Assembly: GCA_019058365.1 (NCBI GenBank)
Contig: JAHPZE010000028.1
Location: forward strand, 1-56,905
Direction of reading: 5' to 3'
Origin: Promethearchaeota archaeon
GTDB taxonomy: Archaea; Asgardarchaeota; Lokiarchaeia; Sigyniarchaeales; SOKP01
DNA length: 56,905 bases
Positions 28,578 to 38,295 of this stretch are shown here, in pieces (positions within the stretch are counted from its first letter, which is position 1; each line of letters starts with the position of its first letter). Both the position numbers and the translations under genes were made by a program. Below the pieces are notes generated by a model, which was not told the DNA's origin, made no database searches, and worked only from the letters and a program-made list of their open reading frames with translations.

Positions 28578-31079
28578 ATGACAGAAATTAGAATACAAAA
28601 ATTAACTTTTATAAGATTAATTTATGGAATTATAATTATAATTATTTTAATCTCAGCATTTCTTCCATATTATTCTGAATTTCACCCTCCATATCCACCA
28701 CCTCCCCAAACAGCTATATATGACGGCTATTTTACATATTATATGGGGTATTTGGCGTTAATTTTTGGAGGGTGGGTAGGATTTGCACTTGGTATTATCT
28801 CAATTATTCTAATGAGTCCAGAGAGAAAAAGAAAAGCACTCTTATTCGGTGGGACAGGTTTTCTTTTAATACTAATTAGCTTAATGATCTACCCCTCTAT
28901 AATATCATCAAATCAGGTTTCGCCAAATCCGATATCATTTGCATCTGGTTTCTATTTATGTTTGATATTTGGGATTAGTTCAGTTGGAACGAATATATTT
29001 GCTTTTGTAAGTAAGGAAGGAGAATTAAGATTCCAACGAGTTAAATCTGGAAAAATAAAAGAAGCAAAGGTGAAACCAGTGAAAGAAAAACAAACAAAAG
29101 TTAAACCAACGAAACGTAAAACATTAGAGATTGAACCCATTGAGATCATGCAAGAAGCAGTAATTGGAACTGATTGGGAAAAAAAAGAATTCATTGCAGA
29201 CAAAACAATGGAATATATCAAAACGATGCAATTTAAAACAAAAGAATTGCCTTTTTTCGAAATTATTTCAAAAATGGGCATAAAAAGAGAAGCTCTTGAA
29301 ACAATTGTAGATGATATGATTTCCAACAATGAAATTGAAGCTCGCGTTAGAGATTTTGTAATCATTTTCAAAGAAATTTCAAAAGAGAAGAGGGAAGAGG
29401 GATTAAAAAAAATCAAAAACAGTCTTCAGCAAAAAATGACAGAAATCGATGAGTTAATCAACGGAAATAGATTTGATGAAGCGATAGCAAATCTAAAGCA
29501 TGTAATAGACTCCGCAGAGAGTTTTCAATTAAAAGATTTTGTAAATAAAGCTAATGAAAAGATAAAACAGTGTAATACACTTAAAATAGAAAAAAGAGAG
29601 GAATTAGAAGAAGAGAGAGTTAAGGATGAGCTTCGAACCCAGCTATCAGAAATTGAAGATTTAATTGAAGATAACAGGTTTAAAATAGCACATAGAAATT
29701 TAGATAAAGTTAAAGAAATTGCCCAAGAATACAATTTATCAGAGTTTTTGAATGAAGTTGAAGAACTAAAAAATCAGTGTAATGCACTAGAGTCAGAAAT
29801 TAGAAGAGATGCGGAAGAATCAAAAGCTAAGAGTGAGATTCAACAAAAAATGCAAACAGTTACCAAGCTAATTGATCAGAAAAAGTTTGAGATAGCAATT
29901 AGTAATTTAGAACAAGTCATTGAGGATGCTAAAACATTTGAATTAAAAGAATTTGTGAAAGAGGCAGAAGAAAAGATAAAAATATGCAAAGAGCTTGAAA
30001 TTGAATGGAGGAGAGACCAAAAACAGAGGGCAAAGGATGATCTTAAAACAAAAATGTCTGAAATCAGTATTTTAATCAAAGAGAGTAAAATCAAAAATGC
30101 ACTTAAACAATTAGATTCAGTTAAAGAAATCGCCCAAGAATACGAATTCTCAGCGTTTTTAAAAGAAGCGGATGAAAAAGTAAAGGAATGTCAAGTACTT
30201 GAACAGGAAATTAGAAAAGACAAGGATCAAGTTAAAATTGAAAAGAAATTAAATAAAAAATTGTATAAAATTGAAAATTTAGTTGAATCCAATCAATTTT
30301 ATGATGCAATTTTAAATTTGGTGGACATTAAGGAAGTAGCAAGACAATATGAACTTTCTGATTTATTAGAGAAAATTGAAGAAAAAATAGAATATTGCAA
30401 AAATTTTCAGTTTAATACCAAGAATAAAATTAAGAATACAATTTTGAATTATAGATCAAAATTAGCAAGACTGGATATATCCGATATATCCGAAAAAAGC
30501 GAGATTCAAGATGAAAATCTAATTGAAAAAGTAATTCTTGAAATGATTAATAATCGAGAAATTAATGCCGAATATTTTTCAAGTTCAAAATCAATTGCCT
30601 TTTATCAAAAGGGAAAAGAAGCAGTCCCTGTCGCGAAAGTTGAAGAACTAAATAAACAGAGAGTCTTTCTAAGTTATTCTACTTTGGATGCTGAGCTTTT
30701 TCAAATTTCAGATATTGTTAAAGAATTAGAAGTGTATCCTGAAATTAGGAAAGTATCGTATTGGCAAGCAGATAGTAAACAAAATATTGTAGAATTCATG
30801 GAAGATACCCTTAAAAATACTGATATTTTCGTACTTTTCTGCTCTAAAAACTCGGTAAAATCCAACGCAGTTAAAGACGAGTGGCAAGCCGCCTTCCAAA
30901 TGAGAAAAAAAGGAATGGTAAAGATTATTCCTGTATATGAAGATGAAGACGATATTCCTGTCTTATTATGGCAGATGTTAAACGTTAAATATACAAAAGA
31001 GGATTTTAGCAGCTTTATACAAAAATTATATGAAGAAATCCTAAGAGGTTTGGAAAAGCAAGTTTCTCCTAAAGCATAA
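28578..31079 (+). CDS. Membrane-anchored TIR-domain protein (4 TM, winged-helix/PCI-like, 5 helical repeats, winged-helix/PCI-like, TIR)
   Basis: TIR motifs RVFLSYS, DIFVLFCSKNSVKSNAVKDEWQAA, KIIPVY; N-terminal TM helices; five ~69-aa repeats. Confidence 0.82.
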   Translation: MTEIRIQKLTFIRLIYGIIIIIILISAFLPYYSEFHPPYPPPPQTAIYDGYFTYYMGYLALIFGGWVGFALGIISIILMSPERKRKALLFGGTGFLLILISLMIYPSIISSNQVSPNPISFASGFYLCLIFGISSVGTNIFAFVSKEGELRFQRVKSGKIKEAKVKPVKEKQTKVKPTKRKTLEIEPIEIMQEAVIGTDWEKKEFIADKTMEYIKTMQFKTKELPFFEIISKMGIKREALETIVDDMISNNEIEARVRDFVIIFKEISKEKREEGLKKIKNSLQQKMTEIDELINGNRFDEAIANLKHVIDSAESFQLKDFVNKANEKIKQCNTLKIEKREELEEERVKDELRTQLSEIEDLIEDNRFKIAHRNLDKVKEIAQEYNLSEFLNEVEELKNQCNALESEIRRDAEESKAKSEIQQKMQTVTKLIDQKKFEIAISNLEQVIEDAKTFELKEFVKEAEEKIKICKELEIEWRRDQKQRAKDDLKTKMSEISILIKESKIKNALKQLDSVKEIAQEYEFSAFLKEADEKVKECQVLEQEIRKDKDQVKIEKKLNKKLYKIENLVESNQFYDAILNLVDIKEVARQYELSDLLEKIEEKIEYCKNFQFNTKNKIKNTILNYRSKLARLDISDISEKSEIQDENLIEKVILEMINNREINAEYFSSSKSIAFYQKGKEAVPVAKVEELNKQRVFLSYSTLDAELFQISDIVKELEVYPEIRKVSYWQADSKQNIVEFMEDTLKNTDIFVLFCSKNSVKSNAVKDEWQAAFQMRKKGMVKIIPVYEDEDDIPVLLWQMLNVKYTKEDFSSFIQKLYEEILRGLEKQVSPKA
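29424..30410 (+). repeat. Five ~69-aa helical repeats in the TIR protein
   Basis: Consensus L..K...I..LI....F..A...L..V...A..Y.L..F......K...C; units 1/3 and 2/4 pair more closely. Confidence 0.75.
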
Positions 31080-31129
31080 TATTAAATTTCTTTCTTGTTT
31101 TATTTTTCTGTCCTTAAACTGAATAATTC

Positions 31130-31306
31130 TTATTCATAATATTCCATTGATTGCCCACAGCATTCTGGAATAGGTTGATAAGCACACTCATCGGAGCAAC
31201 AGCATAATAAGTAATCATCCTTAACCATCATTGATTTATTACAACATATTGGGACTTCTTTCCTCGCTCCACATACATTACAAACTAATTCTGGTATTTT
31301 AATCAT
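31130..31306 (-). CDS. Small Cys-rich protein (58 aa) with two desulforedoxin-like motifs; not in the ORF track
   Basis: Manual translation MIKIPELVCNVCGARKEVPICCNKSMMVKDDYLLCCCSDECAYQPIPECCGQSMEYYE*; 10 Cys; GGAG upstream. Confidence 0.75.
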   Translation of the reverse strand: MIKIPELVCNVCGARKEVPICCNKSMMVKDDYLLCCCSDECAYQPIPECCGQSMEYYE

Positions 31307-31611
31307 CTCCTATAGTTTAAAATTTCATTTTTAATAAGAAAAACAAGAAACAAAAACGCTTCTCTAATATATTATAACAATAACTAAATTATCAGTTTCT
31401 CAAATTAAGAAAATATTTAAATTTATTTTCAAATTAGTAATTTCAAATTTGGTTCAGAATATATTCAGCCAACAAATTATTTTTTCTCTTAAATTACATC
31501 TTTGGGAAAGTTTTAAATAATAATTTCTTCTCTTAATTTATAACAATAATGTTAAGTGAAGAAATTCAAGTAAAATAAAATCAAATAAAAATTTGGAGTG
31601 ATAATGATATT

Positions 31612-34182
31612 ATGGAATTAGAAAAACGCGAAATTTTTGAGGAACAAATTAACGAATATAAAAAATTACGACCTCTTTATAAAGAATTTCATAAATACAT
31701 GAAAAAAGTCCTTAAAAATGTCGTGAGAGGCTATTCATCTGAATTTATCATACAAGGAAGAGTAAAGAAAATCTCTAGCTTTGCAAATAAATTATTTAAA
31801 TCAGAAACAAATATTACTATTCCTTTTTTAGAAATTAATGATATATGTGGATTTCGGATAATTTTACCCAATATTAATGAACTAAATACAGTTAGTGAAG
31901 CAATTCGAGATAATTTTTTATTTGATACAGTAAACGGTCATGAAATGTCCGAATTAAATGAAATTAGTGCTTCTTTAGGACATTTCCAAACCTATGTTGT
32001 TCAATTGATGCCTGAATTAAAGCTATATGAAAGACTTGAATTAAAAATACCAGACGAAATTTTTAATTTAAAAGCAGAAATTCAAATATGTACATACTTG
32101 AGTTATGGATGGGCTGCAAATCATTATAAAGTCTTTAATCAATATGAATTTAAAGTACCTAAGCCGTATGACCAAGAACTCAATCGAGTAAAATCTTTAT
32201 TGACTATTGAAGATGAATCATTGAATAAAATTATGAAGAAAATGCGAGATTATAAATCTACAATAATTACGTATATGTCAAATGATAAAATCAAATCTGA
32301 AATTGAAAGATTAGAAATGGTATATAAAGCAGACAAAGAAAACTTTAAGAATGGTTATAGAATAGCAAAATTAGCAATGGCAATTAACGATATGGATAAG
32401 AGTATTGAAATATTGAACGAATTAATGAAAACTGAATCCTTTAAACAAGCATCAGAATTAGAAGTAGCAGAGATTTTAACAGATCTTGGGATATCTCATC
32501 ATAAAAAATATAAAAAAAACCCTATGAGTAATGAATTCTTACGAGGGCAGAATTATTTAAAAGAAGCAGCTCAAAGAAATCCTTTTGATTCTAATGGATG
32601 GTCATCATTAGGAGGCACTTATAAAAGTCAAAAAAATTATCCCAAAGCTTTAGAATGTTATAAGCAAGCATTGAAAGTGAAACCCGGAGATCCCTATCCA
32701 TTAGGTAATTATTTAATCTTAATAATTCAACAAACGGGAGATTTAATCCATATTGAAAGAAATTATGATATGATCCAAAAAGCCATAAAAAAACGAATAA
32801 GACAAATAGAAGTAATGGTTGATGCTCCATGGGCTTTTTTTGATGTAGGTTTATTTAATTTATTTCTTGGAAATATTAATGAAGCTTTAGATTATTATTT
32901 AAAAGGAATAAGATATAGTTCCGATATTTGGATGATTGAAACTACTCTAGATACATTAAATAATCTTAAAATAATAGAAGATAAAATAAAAAGTATTAGT
33001 TTGGTGAGACAAGTTCTACGATTGGGGATGATTTTTCATCCAAATGTAATCGAAAAAACAGATAAAATGATTAATGAATCTACGTTGGTATTAGATTCTG
33101 AAATGAAACAAATGGAAACAAAATTTGATGAATCTATTGTAATTATTGCTGGTGGGACAGATAAGCGTATAGAAAGAAATTTGGAAGTATTTAATAATAA
33201 TTTAATTGATGCTTTCAATAATTTTAAAGGTATCATAATTTCAGGTGGTACTACATCAGGAATTAGCAATACTGCAGGAGATATTCAAGAAAAATATCCT
33301 AATAATATAAGAACTATTGGTTACTTACCAAGTCATATGCCAGCTCATGTTGAACTAGATAAAAGGTATTCTTCAATTCATTTTACAGAAGGAAAAGATT
33401 TCAGTATTAGAGAACCTATTCAATATTGGTATGATATTATGAAATCTGGTATAGTCCCAAATAAGGTAAAACTTATTGGAATTAATGGTGGAAACATAGC
33501 TTCATTTGAGTTTCATTTAGCTATCGTTTTTGGGGCACAAGTAGGTATAATGAGAAATAGTGGAAGAGCTGCAACTGAATTGATTAATGATCCAAGTTGG
33601 GAAGATCCCTCTGGACCGGAATATGGCTATAGACCTAAAAAATTGTTTAAAGTGCTTAAGAATTCTCCTGAAGATATCTATAATTTTTTAACAAAACCAT
33701 TCATTGTGGATCCAGATATTGAAAATATCCAGAAATTATTGGTTCAGCATCGAGAAAGTGGTGCTAATCAATATGAGTTAAATTTTACCACTGAAGATGT
33801 TGATAACACCATTTTTTCTGGTTTTCTCACTGCATTGGATCATATTGCAAGTCATGCATTAAAAGTAGGAGAAATATTATCAATAAAATTTAGCCTTGGG
33901 CATCTATCGGGTGGATTTTTTACAAATAGAGAATTTAAAGTGGTGTTTTTACTGAATGAGATTCCATCACCGACTTTAGAAGATAAAATTATTAAATTCA
34001 TTAAGGATGTTGAAGATAAATTTAGTGATACGTTCCATAAACTTCATTTGAGCTGTCAAAGCTATTTGGGTGGAAAAGAGATGAATGATATCTTATCAAA
34101 TGTTTTCGGTTCTGAGATATTAAAACTTATCGGAGACACAACTGGAACTAAACCCTTAGAAATGCCAGAAGAATGTGACTAA
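31612..34182 (+). CDS. RelA/SpoT-like nucleotidyltransferase, TPR, SLOG and longin-like multidomain protein
   Basis: GRVKKISS, DICGFRII, AEIQICT (RelA_SpoT-like); WSSLGGTY..ALECYKQAL (TPR); IIAGG, SGGTTSG, GGNIASFE, SGRAA (SLOG); FSGFLTAL (longin-like). Confidence 0.75.
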   Translation: MELEKREIFEEQINEYKKLRPLYKEFHKYMKKVLKNVVRGYSSEFIIQGRVKKISSFANKLFKSETNITIPFLEINDICGFRIILPNINELNTVSEAIRDNFLFDTVNGHEMSELNEISASLGHFQTYVVQLMPELKLYERLELKIPDEIFNLKAEIQICTYLSYGWAANHYKVFNQYEFKVPKPYDQELNRVKSLLTIEDESLNKIMKKMRDYKSTIITYMSNDKIKSEIERLEMVYKADKENFKNGYRIAKLAMAINDMDKSIEILNELMKTESFKQASELEVAEILTDLGISHHKKYKKNPMSNEFLRGQNYLKEAAQRNPFDSNGWSSLGGTYKSQKNYPKALECYKQALKVKPGDPYPLGNYLILIIQQTGDLIHIERNYDMIQKAIKKRIRQIEVMVDAPWAFFDVGLFNLFLGNINEALDYYLKGIRYSSDIWMIETTLDTLNNLKIIEDKIKSISLVRQVLRLGMIFHPNVIEKTDKMINESTLVLDSEMKQMETKFDESIVIIAGGTDKRIERNLEVFNNNLIDAFNNFKGIIISGGTTSGISNTAGDIQEKYPNNIRTIGYLPSHMPAHVELDKRYSSIHFTEGKDFSIREPIQYWYDIMKSGIVPNKVKLIGINGGNIASFEFHLAIVFGAQVGIMRNSGRAATELINDPSWEDPSGPEYGYRPKKLFKVLKNSPEDIYNFLTKPFIVDPDIENIQKLLVQHRESGANQYELNFTTEDVDNTIFSGFLTALDHIASHALKVGEILSIKFSLGHLSGGFFTNREFKVVFLLNEIPSPTLEDKIIKFIKDVEDKFSDTFHKLHLSCQSYLGGKEMNDILSNVFGSEILKLIGDTTGTKPLEMPEECD

Positions 34183-34357
34183 AATATTACTTTTTTATTT
34201 TATCTAAAGAACTGCTTTTTTCTCTTAATATTTCATACTTAAAATTTTTGCTAAATAATAAAAAATCATCCTAATTGTTTTTTTACTAATACTTAAGTGA
34301 AGTACCTTTAGAAATCTTCAATAATTATGTTAAATAATAAAAGCTATAAAATTAGAA

Positions 34358-35626
34358 ATGGTGGAGAAAAAATTGGTTAATACACTAAATCTTAATAATT
34401 CATTCAAATTATATGATGAAGCATTAAATTTAATTCCCGGTGCAATTTTAGGGATACGACGTCCATATAACTTTATTGAAGGGGAGTACCCTATATTCTT
34501 TGAATCTGCAAAAGGTGGAAAAGTAATTGATGTGGATGGGAACGAGTATATTGATATGTTATGCGCTTATGGCCCAATAATCATAGGTCACAGGGAAGAA
34601 GAAATCGATAATGCTGTTATTGAACAAATACGCAATAAAGGATTCTGTATGTCTTTAACTCAACAAGTTCAAAATAAATTGGCAAAAAAATTACGAGAAT
34701 TGATACCATGTTGCGAGAAATTAGTATTAATGAAGATGGGAACTGATGCAACAACAGCAGCAATAAGGGTAGCAAGAGCCTATACGAAAAAAGTTAAGAT
34801 CCTTAGCTGCGGTTATCATGGTTGGTATGATGCCTTCAGTGAAGTCCATGGAATTGAAGCAGGCATACCTAAGAAATTATATGAAGACTTTTTTGAATTT
34901 AAGTTTAATAATCTAGAAGAAGTTGAAAATATATTTAAAAAACATACGAATGAAATTGCGGCTATTATTATAAATCCAATCCATACACCAGGTGGTCGAG
35001 AAGTTGAGATGCCTAAACCAGGATTCTTGAAAGGTATACGTGAATTAGCAACTGAAAATAATGCTTTATTAATATATGATGAGATTAGAACTGGTTTTCG
35101 AGTAGACATGGGAGGAGCACAAAAAATGTTTGGAGTTATTCCTGATCTTGCTGCATTTGGTAAAGCCATGGGAAATGGATACCCTATAAGCACTCTTGTA
35201 GGAAAAGCAGAATTCATGGATGTATTAGTAGAGAAAGTATTTTTAAGTTCAACCTTTTTCCCTAATAGTCTCGCTCAAATAGCATCTCTTAAGACAATTG
35301 AAATACTTGAACGTGAAAAAATATTAAGCAATATTCGTCAAAAGGGAATTCAATTTGCAAGTCAAGTTAAAGAGAGTATTGAAGACAGTGGTGTTCCTTG
35401 CATCTATTCGGGAGAGCCTTGGATGCCATATATTACTTTTATTCCGGATAAAGATTTACTCTATAGAAAACTAAGAGAAGAATTCTATAGACAACTCATT
35501 AGACGGAAAGTATTCCTTCAACCTTTCCATCATGGTTATATATGCTCACGACATTCAGAAGAAGATATGAATTATGCAGCAAATATGATTGATGATTCTT
35601 TGAAGGAAATTAAGAAATTGTTATGA
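34358..35626 (+). CDS. kat: Class III PLP aminotransferase, HemL-like; probable 3-aminobutyryl-CoA aminotransferase
   Basis: DVDGNEYID, YGPIIIGH, DEIRTGFR, FGKAMGNG; directly upstream of kce in a lysine cluster lacking kal. Confidence 0.72.
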   Translation: MVEKKLVNTLNLNNSFKLYDEALNLIPGAILGIRRPYNFIEGEYPIFFESAKGGKVIDVDGNEYIDMLCAYGPIIIGHREEEIDNAVIEQIRNKGFCMSLTQQVQNKLAKKLRELIPCCEKLVLMKMGTDATTAAIRVARAYTKKVKILSCGYHGWYDAFSEVHGIEAGIPKKLYEDFFEFKFNNLEEVENIFKKHTNEIAAIIINPIHTPGGREVEMPKPGFLKGIRELATENNALLIYDEIRTGFRVDMGGAQKMFGVIPDLAAFGKAMGNGYPISTLVGKAEFMDVLVEKVFLSSTFFPNSLAQIASLKTIEILEREKILSNIRQKGIQFASQVKESIEDSGVPCIYSGEPWMPYITFIPDKDLLYRKLREEFYRQLIRRKVFLQPFHHGYICSRHSEEDMNYAANMIDDSLKEIKKLL

Positions 35627-35652
35627 ATAATTAAAATTAGAGTGAAAAATTT

Positions 35653-36480
35653 ATGGAAAAATTGATTATAACTGCCGCTATAAGTGGAGCAGAGGTCACA
35701 AAGGAAAATAACCCCAATATTCCATATACTGCAGAAGAAATAGGAAAGGAAGCTGAATTTGCTTATAAGGTTGGAGCTAGTATCATCCATTTACATGTTA
35801 GGGAAGATGATGGAACTCCTACTCAAAAAAAGGAAAGATTTAGAGAATGTATTGAAGAAATTAGAAGAAGAGTTCCTGATGTAATCATTTTACCTTCCAC
35901 TGGTGGTGCTGTAGGGATGACAAACGAGGAAAGACTTCAACCTATTTATTTAGAGCCTTCTCCTGAAATGGCTACATTAGATTGCGGAACAATGAATTGG
36001 ATTGGCGGAGATGAAATCTTTCTCAACACTGAGAATACAATAATCTATTTTGTCCAAGAGATGAATAATCGGGGAATTAAATATGAATTAGAATGTTTTG
36101 ATAAAGGAATGATTGATACCGTTTTAAGATTGCATAATAAAGGATATATTAAAGGTCCTATGCACTTTAATTTCATGTTAGGTGTAAAAGGAGGAATTAA
36201 TGCTTCAGTAAGAGATTTTTTATTCTTAGTTAATAGTATTCCTAAAAATTCTACATTTAGTATTGGAGCTATTGGTAGGTATGAATTTCCGATGATTACG
36301 TTATCTATAATAATGGGAGGGCATGTTCGAGTTGGTTTTGAAGATAATCTTTATTTATCTAAAGGGATATTAGCAAATTCTAATGGGGAACTGGTAGAAA
36401 AAGTTGTTAGAATAGCACATGAACTAGGGAGAGAAATTGCAAAACCCGATGAAGCACGCAAAATCCTAAGTTTAATATAA
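35653..36480 (+). CDS. kce: 3-keto-5-aminohexanoate cleavage enzyme
   Basis: KLIITAAISGAE, HLHVRE, STGG, RVGFEDN; lysine cluster context. Confidence 0.92.
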   Translation: MEKLIITAAISGAEVTKENNPNIPYTAEEIGKEAEFAYKVGASIIHLHVREDDGTPTQKKERFRECIEEIRRRVPDVIILPSTGGAVGMTNEERLQPIYLEPSPEMATLDCGTMNWIGGDEIFLNTENTIIYFVQEMNNRGIKYELECFDKGMIDTVLRLHNKGYIKGPMHFNFMLGVKGGINASVRDFLFLVNSIPKNSTFSIGAIGRYEFPMITLSIIMGGHVRVGFEDNLYLSKGILANSNGELVEKVVRIAHELGREIAKPDEARKILSLI

Positions 36481-36512
36481 TATAATTTATTTGAGTTTTG
36501 TAGGATGAAAAT

Positions 36513-37220
36513 ATGTATAAGGAATTAGCAAAATACTATGATTTAATCTATTCGTGGAAAGATTATAAGGGAGAAGTCAGTAAAATTAAGGAATTGATTA
36601 AGAAATATAAAAAATCTGATGGTAATAAATTATTAGATGTTGGTTGTGGAACAGGAAAACATTTGGAATATCTTAAAGATGAATATTCTTGTATTGGTAC
36701 GGATATTAATGCAAAAATGTTGGATATTGCAAAAGAAAAGGTTAGCGATGTAATTTTCGCCCTATCAGACATGATAACTTTAAAGCTCAAAGATAAATTC
36801 GACATAATTTTATGTTTGTTTAGTTCAATTGGGTATGTAAAAACATATCCAAATTTAAAAAAGACAATAATTAACTTTGCCAATCATTTAGAAAAAGGAG
36901 GAATAATAATTATCGAACCATGGTTTACAAAAGATGCCTATTGGGTAGGACACCCCGGTATGACCACTTACGATGGTGAAGATATTAAGATTGCGAGATT
37001 AAATACAGCAAAATTAAAAGATGGTCTTTCAGTTATGGAAATGCATCATTTAATTGTTGAAAGAAATGAAGATGTTAAGTATTTTGTTGATCATCACGAA
37101 TTAGGACTCTTTGAAATTGAAAAGTTTTTAGAGATTATGATTGAAGCTGGATTAAAAGCAGAATTTTTGAAAGATGGCTTAATGAAAGATAGAGGTCTCT
37201 ATATAGGAACAAAATCATAA
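36513..37220 (+). CDS. Class I SAM-dependent methyltransferase (TylM1/DesVI-like)
   Basis: YDLIYSWKDY, LDVGCGTGKH, CLFSSIGY, IIEPWF, RGLYIG. Confidence 0.88.
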   Translation: MYKELAKYYDLIYSWKDYKGEVSKIKELIKKYKKSDGNKLLDVGCGTGKHLEYLKDEYSCIGTDINAKMLDIAKEKVSDVIFALSDMITLKLKDKFDIILCLFSSIGYVKTYPNLKKTIINFANHLEKGGIIIIEPWFTKDAYWVGHPGMTTYDGEDIKIARLNTAKLKDGLSVMEMHHLIVERNEDVKYFVDHHELGLFEIEKFLEIMIEAGLKAEFLKDGLMKDRGLYIGTKS

Positions 37221-37242
37221 AAATTTTTACACATTTATAAAT

Positions 37243-38295
37243 TTGAGTGATAATATGAAGAAAGGATCCAAATATGGGACACATAGAGTTCTTGAACCTA
37301 AGGGTTCTTTACCCCAATCCGCAATTAAAATTTCTAATGATATGGAAATATTTGATAATGAAATTTTAATAGATGTTGATTATTTGAACATTGATTCAGC
37401 TAGTTTTAAACAATTAGCAGAAGAAGCAAAAGGAAATATTGATAAAATCAAAAATAAAATCATAGAAATTGTTAGAGAAAAAGGTAAAATGCAAAATCCA
37501 GTGACTGGGTCTGGTGGAATGCTCATGGGGCGTGTAGTAAATATCGGTGATTCTTTAAAAGATAAAATTGATTTGAAAATTGGAGACAAAATTGCTACCT
37601 TGGTATCACTTTCATTAACACCGCTTAGAATAGATAAAATTTTAAATATTCACCCTGAAATTGATAGAATAGAAATCAATGGAAAAGCTATTCTTTTTGA
37701 GAGTGGAATATATGCGAAAATTCCTAAAGATATTGAATATACATTGGCACTAGCTGCTCTTGATGTTGCAGGAGCTCCAGCACAAGTAAAAAAACTTGTT
37801 AAAGAAGGTAATGTAGTATTAATTCTGGGGGCTACAGGAAAATCAGGTTTATTGTGTTCCTACATGGCAAAAAAAATGGTTGGTAAAAAAGGAATAGTCA
37901 TTGGACAAGCAAGAAATGAATCGCGCGCAGCATTTCTTAGAAACACAAATTTTTGTCATAAGATTATTATAGGTGATGTTCTAAATCCTATAAATATATT
38001 AGAAGAGACCTTAACTGTGAATGATGGAAAAGAAGTAGACATTTCAATCAATTGTTTAAGCATACCTAATACAGAAATGGCTAGTATTTTACCAGTAAGA
38101 GACGGGGGAATAGTTTATTTCTTTTCTATGGCAACAAGCTTTACTAAGGCAGCTTTAGGTGCTGAAGGAGTAGGAAAAGATGTTACAATGATTATCGGTA
38201 ATGGATATACAAAAAATCATGCGCAAATTACGTTGGATTTAATACAAGAATCAGAAATGCTAAGAAAAATCTTTAAAGAAAAATATATATCATAA
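37243..38295 (+). CDS. kdd: L-erythro-3,5-diaminohexanoate dehydrogenase
   Basis: YGTHRVLEPKG, NIDSASF, NPVTGSGGM, LVSLSLTPL, SMATSFTKAALGAEG. Confidence 0.93.
   Translation: MSDNMKKGSKYGTHRVLEPKGSLPQSAIKISNDMEIFDNEILIDVDYLNIDSASFKQLAEEAKGNIDKIKNKIIEIVREKGKMQNPVTGSGGMLMGRVVNIGDSLKDKIDLKIGDKIATLVSLSLTPLRIDKILNIHPEIDRIEINGKAILFESGIYAKIPKDIEYTLALAALDVAGAPAQVKKLVKEGNVVLILGATGKSGLLCSYMAKKMVGKKGIVIGQARNESRAAFLRNTNFCHKIIIGDVLNPINILEETLTVNDGKEVDISINCLSIPNTEMASILPVRDGGIVYFFSMATSFTKAALGAEGVGKDVTMIIGNGYTKNHAQITLDLIQESEMLRKIFKEKYIS

Noticed and set aside
34358-35626. hemL (tetrapyrrole synthesis)
   Set aside because: No hem genes nearby; context (kce, kdd, no kal) favours Kat
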